Positions 11,748 through 23,084 of a stretch of 64,000 nucleotides of DNA are shown here, piece after piece. Within the stretch, counting starts at the first letter, position 1. The number at the start of each line of letters is the position of its first letter. The translations under genes were made by a program, and so were the position numbers. The DNA comes from Rhizaria sp. SCN 62-66 (taxonomy: Eukaryota). Under the pieces are notes generated by a model, which did no database searches, was not told where the DNA came from, and saw nothing but the letters and a program-made list of their open reading frames with translations. The stretch is taken from positions 1 through 64,000 of the forward strand of contig MEDY01000053.1 in assembly GCA_001724265.1 (NCBI GenBank), given 5' to 3'.

Positions 11748-11843
11748 GTGGTATATATTTGTGACAATGCATTCGCTCACCGAAGTCCTGTTTCGCCTCA
11801 TGCCTGCTTCTCGCCCCGCTCTGCCCAGCACCGCACCAGCCCG

Positions 11844-13693
11844 ATGTCTGCCCCCGAGGACACCAGCTTCAGCCCTCTTCAGGAGGAGCTCGACAAGGCC
11901 GCTCTCAGTTCGGCCGCCCGCGAGCCTATGATCGACCCCAAGCTTGAGAAGGAGGGTACGTCATTACTCTGCTTTCCCGCCTTGCCCTTGTTCTCACTCT
12001 TACGAAGATATCACAATCTTCCTCCCCTTCATCCGTAACCAAACTTCACTCTGTTGACAACCAGGCTGTTTCCCGTAATTAATACCATTTATCAGAGTTT
12101 TGCCTGAGCTAATCTTGTGATATCCAACTTACCTCTAACACCGACTCACTAAACTAACTCCCTTTTTACTCGTCACTACCATCTTTCCCCTCCACAGAGA
12201 TGCTTCTTCAGGACAACCCCGGCCGCTTTGTCATGTTCCCCATCCAGCACAAGACGATTTGGGAGATGTACAAGAAGCATAAGGCGTCTTTCTGGACTGC
12301 CGAGGAGATCGACCTCAGCGCCGACCCCAAGGACTGGAAGACCCTCTCGGCCGGCGACCAGCACTTCATCAAGAACGTGCTCGCCTTCTTCGCCGCCTCC
12401 GACGGCATTGTGCTTGAGAACCTCGCTGTCCGCTTCATGAAGGAGGTCCAGATCCCCGAGGCCCGCTGCTTCTACGGCTTCCAGGTACGGACGCAAATAT
12501 TCACTATATCGTTTTATTGACACCCTATATATTCTCCAATCCAATCTGACTTGAACCCAAACATAATATGAATTAACATTACATAAGCACTATATTCCGA
12601 AGTCAGCTCACCTTCTTGCTTTAATCGCCTGTTTTATAACTTTTCCCTCACAGCTGATGATGGAGAACATCCACGCCGAGACCTACTCGCTCCTGATCGA
12701 CACCTACATCACCGACCAGGTCGAGAAGACCCGTCTCTTTAACGCCATCGAGACCGTGCCTTCGGTCCGCACCAAGGCGGCCTGGGCCCTCAAGTGGATC
12801 AACAACCCCACTGCGTCGTTCGCCGAGCGCCTCGTCGGCTTCGCCTGCGTCGAGGGCATCTTCTTCTCCGGCTCCTTCTGCGCCATCTTCTGGCTCAAGA
12901 AGCGCGGCAAGATGCCCGGACTCACCTTCTCCAACGAGCTCATCTCGCGCGACGAGGGCCTCCACACCGACTTCGCCTGCCTGCTCTACTCCATGCTCCA
13001 GCACAAGCTGTCCCAGGTATGTAGCACTGTTTACTCTTACAACGAGATAACTTTAACGTGAAATGTGTGGAGTGGTTTTCGAGTTATATGAGGGAATTTC
13101 ATGTATATAACCTTATGTCATTTGGTTTTGTTTCTAAATATTCGTATTTGTTTGAACAGCACTCACAGCCTGTATGTTATCTATGCACTTTTGTTCATTT
13201 GTTCAATCTCAGGCGACCGTGCACGAGCTGGTCTCGCAGGCGCTCAAGATCGAGGAGGAGTTCGTGACAGAGTCCCTGCCCGTCGAGCTCATTGGCATGA
13301 ACGCCACGCTCATGTCGCAGTACGTCAAGTTCGTCGCCGACCGCCTCCTCGTGTCGCTCGGCTACGAGAAGCTGTACAAGACCACCAACCCCTTCGAGTG
13401 GATGGAGATGATCTCCCTCCAGGTACGATATATCAACCATACCTTACTTCACCCAACTAAAACAGCAGCGTTACTTGTATTTGTTGTATTTGAATGTGAT
13501 TCATTGTTTGCATTCAATTTTACTCACATCTTGGACTATATCAACTATGTTTTATGTTTGTAATGTGACACAGGGCAAGACCAACTTCTTCGAGAAGCGC
13601 GTCGGCGACTACCAGAAGGCCGGCGTCATGGCCAAGGCCGCCGGCGAGGGCACCACCGCCGGCGACGGCTTTGCCGTCGATGCCGACTTCTAA
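11844..13693 (+). CDS. RRM2: Ribonucleoside-diphosphate reductase small (R2) subunit (exons 11844-11955, 12198-12484, 12654-13016, 13213-13422, 13574-13693)
   Basis: Motifs [33 protein letters not shown] (iron ligands and radical Tyr), [30 protein letters not shown] and C-terminal DADF. Confidence 0.97.
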
Positions 13694-14552
13694 GCGCCTT
13701 TGTTTCGCTTGATCGGAAGTCGCAATGGACGTTAAGTCACATCTCCAAAGCAACTCGTTCGCTCTCTTGTTTTCCAACGCGCGACAACAACAACAACGAC
13801 GACGACTGCAACAGCATCAACTTTTTTAATGACGTCGAAAACCGATGAAATTATTTTTATATCGTTGTTTGTAGCTGTCGGCTTTTGGTTACTCTGTAAT
13901 CTTTCTTATAGTTTCTAGTTTCTTTCTCTCGCTTGTCTCATCACTACTCTCGGCAAGTGACAACCATTCACCAACAATACCACCGACGATGTATCATCAG
14001 TGTCTTTTCCGCTTCAATGCTTTACTGAGCTTGTTTAGTGATGTTGTTGTGATTACTGTCGCTTGTTTTGTTTTGGTGGCAGTAGAGATCGCTTTTTTCT
14101 TAGCACCCTGTACCATATAATCACTACACTACAATTGTCTGTAATAAGACCCTTTACAACAAAACGCAAAGCACCCTGTATTTTTTTCTCTTGCTCTCGC
14201 CCAGCCTTAAAGCGATCAAGTTCAGCGTCATCTCTCAAACATGTGACAAAGAGATCGCTTTCCTACCGCTTTTGCTTGTTGAGTTGAGCGAGCAAGCATG
14301 CACACTGGTAGCCTATCTGTATCAATCTGACTCCCGTACACAATGGCTATTTTTTTATTCCAAGTATACAATTGCAATACATGTATAATTCACGTTAAGT
14401 ACTGCATTTCTCTCTGTTGCAAACCTCCGCAGTTACGCTGCTGCGAGTGACCGTGAATTGTTTTTCAAGTTGCACTGTGGGCGAGTCCCACTTTGACGAC
14501 TAGGTGAGATCCGGTTGGTCTGGCGACATCACACGTTTGAGACAGATTGAAA

Positions 14553-15547
14553 ATGTCCCAGGCGTCTCTTAAGCGCAAGCAGTCTTCGCGGACTGATTTA
14601 TTCGCCCACAACGAGGAGCCAATCGTGCAGCAGAACAAGGCGCCTCGCACCCACTCCCAGCCCACGGTGCACGAGCAGCGCACGCCTTCTCCGCGCACCT
14701 CCAGTCGCCGTCCCGCGCTCATGAGCCCCTCGCCTAACGACAGTCAGGAAGAGGACGACAGGTAAGTCCCAATCTTTCCTTTTTACTTCTAAGTCGCTGA
14801 TATTACTGTTTCAAGCCAATGTCTTAGCACTCTCCCTCGCCCGCACTCTCACTTTCTATCCTTGTCCTGTTTGCGTGCGCACTCACAGCGGCTCGACAAT
14901 GCAGCGCGTCGTGGAGCAGATCCAGCTGGCGAGCAAAAAGAAGACGAGCAAGTACAAGGCCAAGATGGAAGTCGTGGTCGAGCAAGGCCTCAAGAACGTC
15001 GAGACCGCCGTGGCCAAGGCCCTCCGTGAGGTACGCCACATTCCTCAAAATATGTCAATAGACTTGGCATCTTCAAGTTTATTTCTTCAGTTTCTCAATT
15101 TAAAAATTAATGCTAAGTCTATTTGCGTAATTTTTATCCTTCTTGTGAATGATTTTCGTTCTCCTTTTCGTTTCGCCACGGCAACAGGAGGAGGCCGCGT
15201 ATCGCCAGTCGCTCTCGCAGCTGCACTCTGAGTTCAAGAACGTCACTCAGGGCCTGCAACAGTGGGCCAATTCAGTCCACGAGCTCAACACCTCGTACAA
15301 CCTCTCGATGAAGGGGCTGGCGTCGCAGTTCGACAAGCTCACACGCGCCTTCTCCGAGCAGCTCAAGGCCATCTCACGCGACGCTCTGGCGCCCGACGCG
15401 GCCCACGAGCGCCAGGAGCGTGTCCAGCGCGAGTGCCGCGCGCTCATTGCCGCCGTTAAGAGCGAGATCCAGCAGGCGCCCGAGCCAGCCAAGGGGGGCG
15501 CGCAGACGGCGATGCTGCTGCAGGCGCTCGTCAACTCGATGACGTAA
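14553..15547 (+). CDS. Coiled-coil protein, SYCP3/Cor1-like candidate (~236 aa; exons 14553-14761, 14889-15030, 15188-15547)
   Basis: Frame-consistent GT-AG introns. Disordered N-terminus followed by a long helix with GSTMQRVVE...KME...GLK, LQQW and terminal LQALVNSMT. The gene model is solid; the family call is tentative. Confidence 0.6.
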
Positions 15548-16020
15548 GCGCACTGTGCAAATGCGCGCTATTACGGCAGCAACAATAGCAACAATAACAG
15601 AACGAGAGAGTAACAGCGGACTCAACTGAGGCGCAACGGCAGCAACAGTGAGGATAGGGATTGAGCTTTTGTAGCAACTCAAAAAGTGACAAAGTGACAG
15701 TGATGAAGCAATGTGACTCAGAGATAAAAATGGCAGTGCTGGGTTGAAATTAAGTAGAATGCAATATTGCAAGAGAGATACGTAGAATAGTCAGACTGAA
15801 TGTTAGTAATGCTGAAGAAAAAATGTTCAATTTCGAATGTGAGATGATATGCTTGTATAAACTCAAGTGTGTATTCGAGGTAAGTACAAACGCGACTTAG
15901 AGAATCAGAAAAAAATTAATCAAAAAAGAAAAGTTGTTATCGCAAAACAAATAAAGTTAGGTGTTTCATAGTCAAGTGTTACTAGTTTTGTGTGATAGCC
16001 GATGTCGTTGTTACTGTTAC

Positions 16021-19000
16021 TTAAAAGAGCTCCTTGACGCAGCGCACACTCAGCCCATTGTTCTGACTGTTGTTGTGAGCGCTGTTTGTATTGTTCGTGC
16101 TCGCATTGCGCTGCTGCGCGGCGACCACCGCCATCGCTTCAGCGGCCGCAGCTTCAACTGCCTCACTCAGCGCAGGCGGACAGCAGCAGTACGCACCGAC
16201 CTCTACCGTGCGCCGTCCGCGCTGCTGCGCATAAGCGTTACTAAGATTTGTGCTGGCACTACCAAGCGCGGCGGCTACAGCGTTAAAGTCGCGGTGCTCC
16301 ATATTATTGTTGTTGCTTATAGCAGCGTTCGCGAGCTGTGCCTGCGTGAACACGTGAGTGAAGTACGCTTGCGAAGGACGCTCAAAGTGCACCAACCACG
16401 TGCCTTGGCGCTGAGGAACACGCTTATCAACTGCATCAACGCTTGCGCGCTCACTGTGAGCATGTTTGCCGCTAGTGACAACGATGTCAGTGCTGCCGTT
16501 TTTGCCGGCAAGCAGCGGGGCAACAAGGTACTGGCCGTGCAGCAGGAGCAACGAAGCCGGGTCTGAGTAGGGGAACGCGGCGTGCGCGTCGCGCGCCCAC
16601 TGTTGCTTTTGTTGCGACGGCAGCTGTGACCATCCCGACTGAGCGCCGTCGAAGTGACTGTGAGTGCTGTTGCCGCCAATCTGACTGTATGCGCCGCCGT
16701 AGCTGCTCGCGTTGCTGTTGTCAACGGTACCTGCCGTTAAGCCAGCACCGAGACTTGTGGTCGCAGCTGCGTTGGCAGTAATACTGCCGGTGCGTGGTGT
16801 TGGAGCGATCTGTCGATACAGCCGTGGGTTGGGCGATACAGCCCCAGCGTAGCTAAAGCCCCTTGTCAGCGCTAAACCGCTAATGTTCGCGTTGGTGCTG
16901 CTGTTGTTGCCGGTGCTGCTTGACGCGTGAGTCCAACCAGACGGTCCGCGCCCGCGGGCTGATGGCAGCGGCCGCGGTGGCTTTGGCGTTGCGGGCCCTA
17001 CGTTGCCGTTGCCATCAGCGTTAGCAAATAGCGCAGCGCTGATTGCGTGATTGCTGTTTGCGTTTGCGTTCGTGGGCGTGGGCGCAGCGGGTGGCAGTGC
17101 TGCTGGAGTGCGCAGAGACATGCGCGCGCTACGAGGCGCTGCAGGCGGCCACTGTAACTGCGACAGCGCTTGTGATCCTGCCCCAGAGTGCTGTGAGAGG
17201 GTGACGTTGGCAGTGTACTGCGACGATGATGTCAGCGCGAGTGAGAGCGCTGCGCCAGTCATCGCGCTGCTGCCGTCACTACTGCATGATGAGGACGAGG
17301 ACGATGAAGATGAATAAACGAGCCCATTACCGTTTGTGATGTTATTGGTCCCGAGGTATGACGCGCGATTACCATTACCAGCAGCTACACTGCCCTGAAC
17401 AGCGACACTATGCCGCTGAGCAAAGTACTGTTGCTGCTGTTGCACGATGTGTTTCGACTGCTCGCGAAGCCACGGCATCGGGTTCATGGCAAGTGCACGC
17501 AGTTTTGGGCACGATATAAACAGGCTCACGCACATACGCACACGCGTGATGAACGGCGCCAACAGCGCGGCTTCCGCCAAAGCGCCCTCGCTGCCGGTGT
17601 TGCTTCCATTGTGCGCCGCCTGCAGCAGCCCGTCACTGTGCAGCGAGAGATCACTGGCCACCACGAGGCGGTTTAGAGGACCGTGAAACAGCGCAGCGTG
17701 CCTGAGGGACCGCACCGCCCACACCAAGTGCAGCTTTGGCGAGGCGTTGATCTGCGGCCCAAACGGCGCGCTCTGCGGGAACGGCGTCGGCCGCGTTAGC
17801 GACGTCATTAGCAGCTGTAGCGCAAACTGGAGAGCGGACCCAACGGCTGGGTCGCGGCTGCGGGCGTAGGAAGAGACTGTGGCGGCAAACGCTGCGCGCG
17901 CCTCGGCAACAGAGGCAGCAGCTGCGGCTGAGGCAGAGCAAGAGGCTGGAGCAAGAGAGCTAGAGCTATTAGCGCGGGGCGGAGCAACAAAGTTATTTGT
18001 TGCTGCGTTTGTGAGCGTATGCGAGACAAAGTTTGCAACGGCATCCCAGCTGTGTTGCTGCCGTAATGAATGCTGCTCTTGCGGCCGTGGCTGCATCATC
18101 ATTGCTGCCGTGTGCGCACGCACACGGCACACACTGCTCCCGTCAGTCGGACTGTGCGTCTCGTTTGTGTGCAGGGCCCACGCACTCTCAGCTCTAGTCA
18201 GCGCCGCGCCGTCGTGCGTTGCAGCAGCGCTCGGCGACTGCGGGCGCGAAGTCGTAACATTGTTCGCAACTCCAGTCAACGCAGTTGTCGTAGCCGCCGC
18301 CGCAGACGACGCAGCGGCAGCAGCGGACGCGGCGGAAAGCGTTGGAGCGCGGCGCTCGCAGTAGTGCGGGCAGCAGCCCATATCGTCGCGCGCAGACCCG
18401 CAGCCGCAACCCCCGTTGACTGAGGTGCTTGCGCCGGTGCCGCGCGGAGTAGGGTTTAGGCGTGGAGTCGACAGACGCGGGGTTGCGCCTGCTGTGGCGC
18501 CAGTGCTGCTGTTTTCCGCAGCGCCATTGCAGCCACTTGTAACGCTCTCGCGGACTGTATGCTTGGCAGCGTTGGTGAGCAGCGCAACTACTGGGCTAGC
18601 GTTGGCAACAAGACCGGTGTCATCATTGTTTGCGTTGTTCCCATCCGCATTCAAGGAGTTGTCGTTGTTAATGTGAGCCTGCAGACTTGCCAGTGTGCCG
18701 CGCATGCTGCGTCCGCGTACGCCTCCGTAAGGGGTCATCACGTGTGAGCCTGCAAGTGGTGTCGGAGCAACTGCAACAGCGATGGCGGCAGAAGCCTTTG
18801 CCTCGTCCTCCGCGGCAATGTTACTGTTAACGCTGCAGTTGTTTACAGGCGTGGCCGCAAGCAACGCCGAGGAGGCTTCATGGGACGGATGGCTCAACAG
18901 GCGCGGCGCCGCCAATACTGCTGTGTCGTCGCCACATTGTTCCAAGCTGTTTGACTGCGGGAGCAGCTGAGAGACCGACAACGACGCAGGTGGTGCGCGC

Positions 19001-22000
19001 GTAGCTAACGGTGTTGCGGGAGCGCCATTGTTAGTGTTGAAACCTGTAACACTTAGGCTTGCAATGACTTTAGGTGCGGGCCGTGCTGCCCCAGCGCCTT
19101 TTACAAAAACAGGAGAGAGACTGCTCGCAGCAGCGCTTGGAGACACGGGCTCAGTAGGACCTTGTGGCACTGGCGGAGGCGGCAGGGGTTGCGCTGTGTT
19201 GTTATTGTTGTTGATGTTGCTGCGCACACGGCGGAGTGCGTCAACGGCTTCTTGTGCACCATCACTAAGCCTGCTAATGCTCACCTCAAAGCCATCGCTA
19301 GCGCCTCCATCACTCATATTATCACCATCCTCAGCGCAGTCATGATCTTCGTTATTGTCACAGTCTACGCTGATGTTCTTAGTGTTTTTAAGGCTCATGT
19401 CGATATTGCGAGGAGCCTCAGCGTCACTGCCAACGGGACTGAGCGCAAAGTCACTGTTGTTTTGTGTTGCAGGCCGCGCGTTGTCACACGCACCACTGCT
19501 CTCAATCACAGTGTTGTTCCCGGTGTTGCCGTTGCCGCTGTTGTTTACATTGTTATTGACCTCGCACAACTCATCAGGCATTGGCGTTGGCATCACGCGC
19601 AGCATCTGCGCAAGTGACTCGAGTACACTTGCAAACGGCGTTACACCAATGCCGCCAGCCACCATCACACATTCGTCAGCACTGCTGTGCCCGCGGAGAA
19701 TCGACTGGACCTCGGTCGTCGGAGCTCCAAGAGGGCCATTGACACTGACGATCACGTCTTCCATTGACACCCACTTGGTTGCACGCGCAGCGTATGAAAC
19801 GCTGCTACTCTCACTAATGTTGTTTCTGTCACTTGCTCCTGCGCTGTTAACACCCCCATTGTTGTTCACGCTATTGAAGTCGACGCGAAGCGAGGAGCCT
19901 ACAAGTGAAGTCAATTCGGAGTTATTGTTGTTGCCAATATCGTTGCAATTATTGATAGACTTGCCGCTTGCATTTACCGCACTCACAGCTGGGTTTGCAT
20001 CTATTGCAGTGCTTGCACTTGGACCACGTGCTGCTAAAGTAACGCGCGCACGCACCAGCTCACTCAGCGAACGCGTCCAACGTCCCGCAACCTTGATAGT
20101 GAGTGTAACACTGCGCTGATCAAGCGGGGAAGACGAAATAGTGAACGGGTGCCACGCAGCCGACACTGACGGAACTTGCACTTGCACATATTGACCGGCT
20201 TTGAAGTTGAAGAGGCGCGCTGGCGGACATGGGCGAGCCATTTCGAACTCAATGAATGACTCATAGGTTGTAGTGTTCTTAGCAGAGGTTGAGTCAGAGC
20301 TGGTTGCAGAGCGCTCATTGCTAACGATTGGGATGTCAATAACGCGGGCGCGGCGGGCAACAAAGCGGTGGCTTAGTTTGGCCTGCACAAAGCGAACGAT
20401 GCGGTCGATACCATAGATAAGCACGGAGCACAATAAGTAGCGCCACGCATGCGGTTTCTGAACCCAGCCCTCTAAAGTAACACAGAAAGAAAGAACGGCA
20501 ACAAAACAAGAGAGAATCGCTTCAGACAATATTAACTCAATTTTGATTTCTGTGCATATTGTTACTTGCAAGTTGACGTACGAAATCCGTGCATGCAAAG
20601 CAGGATGACAATAAGGATAAACAGTTGATGAACAATGAAGAATGTGTCAAAGTTTTTGGCACGAAAACGCTCTGTTGACGTGAGCAAGATTGCGCTAAAA
20701 CACACCCAGAGCAATACGCCTGTTAAGCCAGGAAGAGACTTGAACAGCAGCTCCCAGTACGTGAGACCACAGAAGGGCGGGTCGTGTACGGGCGCAGGAG
20801 CAGCAGAGTGACTGTCCGCGCCGACCACTGTTTTACTGCTTGCATCAGTTGTAGCTTCGCTTTGCGGCAATGCAACGCCAGCACCCGCGCTTTCAGTGTT
20901 TCTAACACTGGCCTCTCTATTGTGTGCGTTCGCGTTTGCTTCAGTGCTTGCCAATGTTGCAAATGCATGACGCACGCCTGCGCTGCAAGCGCCTGCGTTA
21001 TTGCCACTGCAGCTAAGCGTATGCAGCTGGCTGTTTATAAGTTGAGGATGTACGTAAGCAGTACTGGTAACAAACTGCGACTGCGGCTGTAAATGCGAGT
21101 TTGCGCGCAGGTGAGCACCTGCGTCGACGTTATCATGTTGAAGCATGTGAACAACAGAAACATAGGATTGCGGCTGCCAGAGGTGGCCGGTCTGATGTTG
21201 TGCCTGAAACTGCTGTTGCAATTGAAGGTAACTGAGAGCAGCTCCCATAACTCCCATTGTGCGGCCGATATTCACAGCAGCTTCACTTGCGCCTGTTCTT
21301 GTGACGCTAAGAGGTGTCATTGCAGCTGAGACAGCTTCAGTGTGCACATTAGTGTTTGCTTCCGCAATGCCAGGTCCGACAAACCCTGAATTATCTGGCG
21401 GCAATATGGCGGAGCTTGGACATGGAAAGTTCTGCAAGATGCGGAAAGTACCCGCCATGTGCATCGCGGAGTGACCGAGCCCGGCGACGACGATGCTAAT
21501 CGCAGCAATCTTATGGAACACAAACAGCCGCGCAACAGGGACGAGCAAGCGTGTTGTGCGACGCGCTTGTAAGAGCGTAACAAGGCCGTTGCAGACGGGA
21601 AGAAAGACAACGATGCAGTTGTAGTAGATGACACCTGCGAAAAACTTGGCAAAGCAGATCCAGTAGCCCAGCACCGCGAACAGCGGGGAAGTGCGAAACC
21701 TGCGCAAAATTTATTAAATTTACCAAAAAAGTAAGAGCACAAGGCAAATATGAGTTATCCAAAATTTTTAAGTCACGTTGAAAACGATTGAGGCTGCGTG
21801 TACGAAGAAACAATGTTGCTGTAAGAACTTGTACTTACGCGTAGAAGTAGTAACCAGCAGTGGCAGCAGCGCCGAGCCAGTAGATAATAGTAAAAATGAG
21901 CATTGACTTGTCTGCGGTAAGACCACCGCAGCATCCACGAGACACACGTGGCTCATCGTTCGTGTTTTTGTTCATGTCCTTGCCCGTGGTGTCGCTCTTG

Positions 22001-22445
22001 TTGCTACTTGCAGCCGTCGTTCGACTACTTTGGCGTGCGGCGACAGCAGCGTCAATCAAGGCGTGAGCGGTTGCCTCAAGGTACTCATTGGAAAAATGCA
22101 TTGCTTTAGCTATATTGCAAGACGGATTCCCAACAGGGCAAGATTGGTGGAATAACAAAGTTTAGGTGAGTGTGGACGACGACTTAAAGAACAGAGCAGA
22201 ACCATGGTTATTCACAAGCAGCATAGAGAGGTGGAAGCTGTGGGAAACGGACCATAGTCACTTTGGCACATAATTTCAACACAGCGCGCTGTTAACGCGT
22301 TGCGTTCTGAGGCGATATCGTCACTGTCCGTGGCGCTGAGCTTGTCGAGTAGAGAGAGATCGACCCCGCCAAACATCTCACCCCACTCTTCCAACACCGA
22401 CCGCTGCGCACCCGTGGGTGCATCGGGTGGCCGTAATGCCGACAT
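16021..22445 (-). CDS. NADPH oxidase / ferric reductase-like flavocytochrome, NOX/RBOH-like (~2010 aa; exons 22445-22253, 22109-21839, 21699-20582, 20471-16021)
   Basis: TM region GYWICFAK...NCIVVFLPVC; heme His pairs FHKIAA...GHSAMH and IVHQLF...CMHG; FAD motifs FKAGQY and WHPFTISS; NGPLGAP; NADPH motif AGGIGVTPF; LVWAVR; HFERP; VGAYCCCP; terminal KELF. Confidence 0.88.
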
Positions 22446-23084
22446 AAAAGATAGATGACAAGCTATCTGAGGTTTTTCACTATAAAGTATAGTGTTCTTA
22501 GTCTGAGTCTTGTGTCTGTGCGATGGAGGCCGAGCAAATGATCAGACAAGCATGTCAGTCCGCAATACCGACGTGTTTCGAAGTGCCATGCAATAAGACC
22601 ATCTTCCTCAGAAAAAATAAAAATACTTTCAGATACAGTTTTTATCAAGATACACTACTTCAAGTGACTTCGCTGATAGAACTGCACAATAGATGTTTCA
22701 GAGAGTTGAACAGAGATGCTTTTTGCTGCTGTTGATCTGCTGCTGTTGCTGGCTGCTGGACCGACTTTTTGAGAACCTGACTCGAAGTCGAAGTGGAAAA
22801 ACGGCTCGATCTTTCGCATTGCCTTGCTCGAGATTCTGATCGCCAAAGCTTTAGTTTTCATCAAGATAAGATTTTAACGACTGTGAATATTTGTTTTTCT
22901 TTTGTATGTTTTCTCTGCTTTTGAGGAGCCCTCTTTGTACTCACCGTCCGGTTCTGGCTACACCGCCTCTTTCCTGTCAACCCTTTCTTCTTTAGTTTCT
23001 CGCCACCAGGGACTGTCCCAAATCTTTTAATCCCCTAAGCACTTACCAGCGCGTTTTTGCACGCGTTTTAAGCCCTGGCCGCAT

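Noticed and set aside
22655-22864. Possible extra upstream NOX exon (69-aa ORF)
   Set aside because: No EF-hand or NOX similarity and no convincing splice link; it lies in the divergent promoter region.
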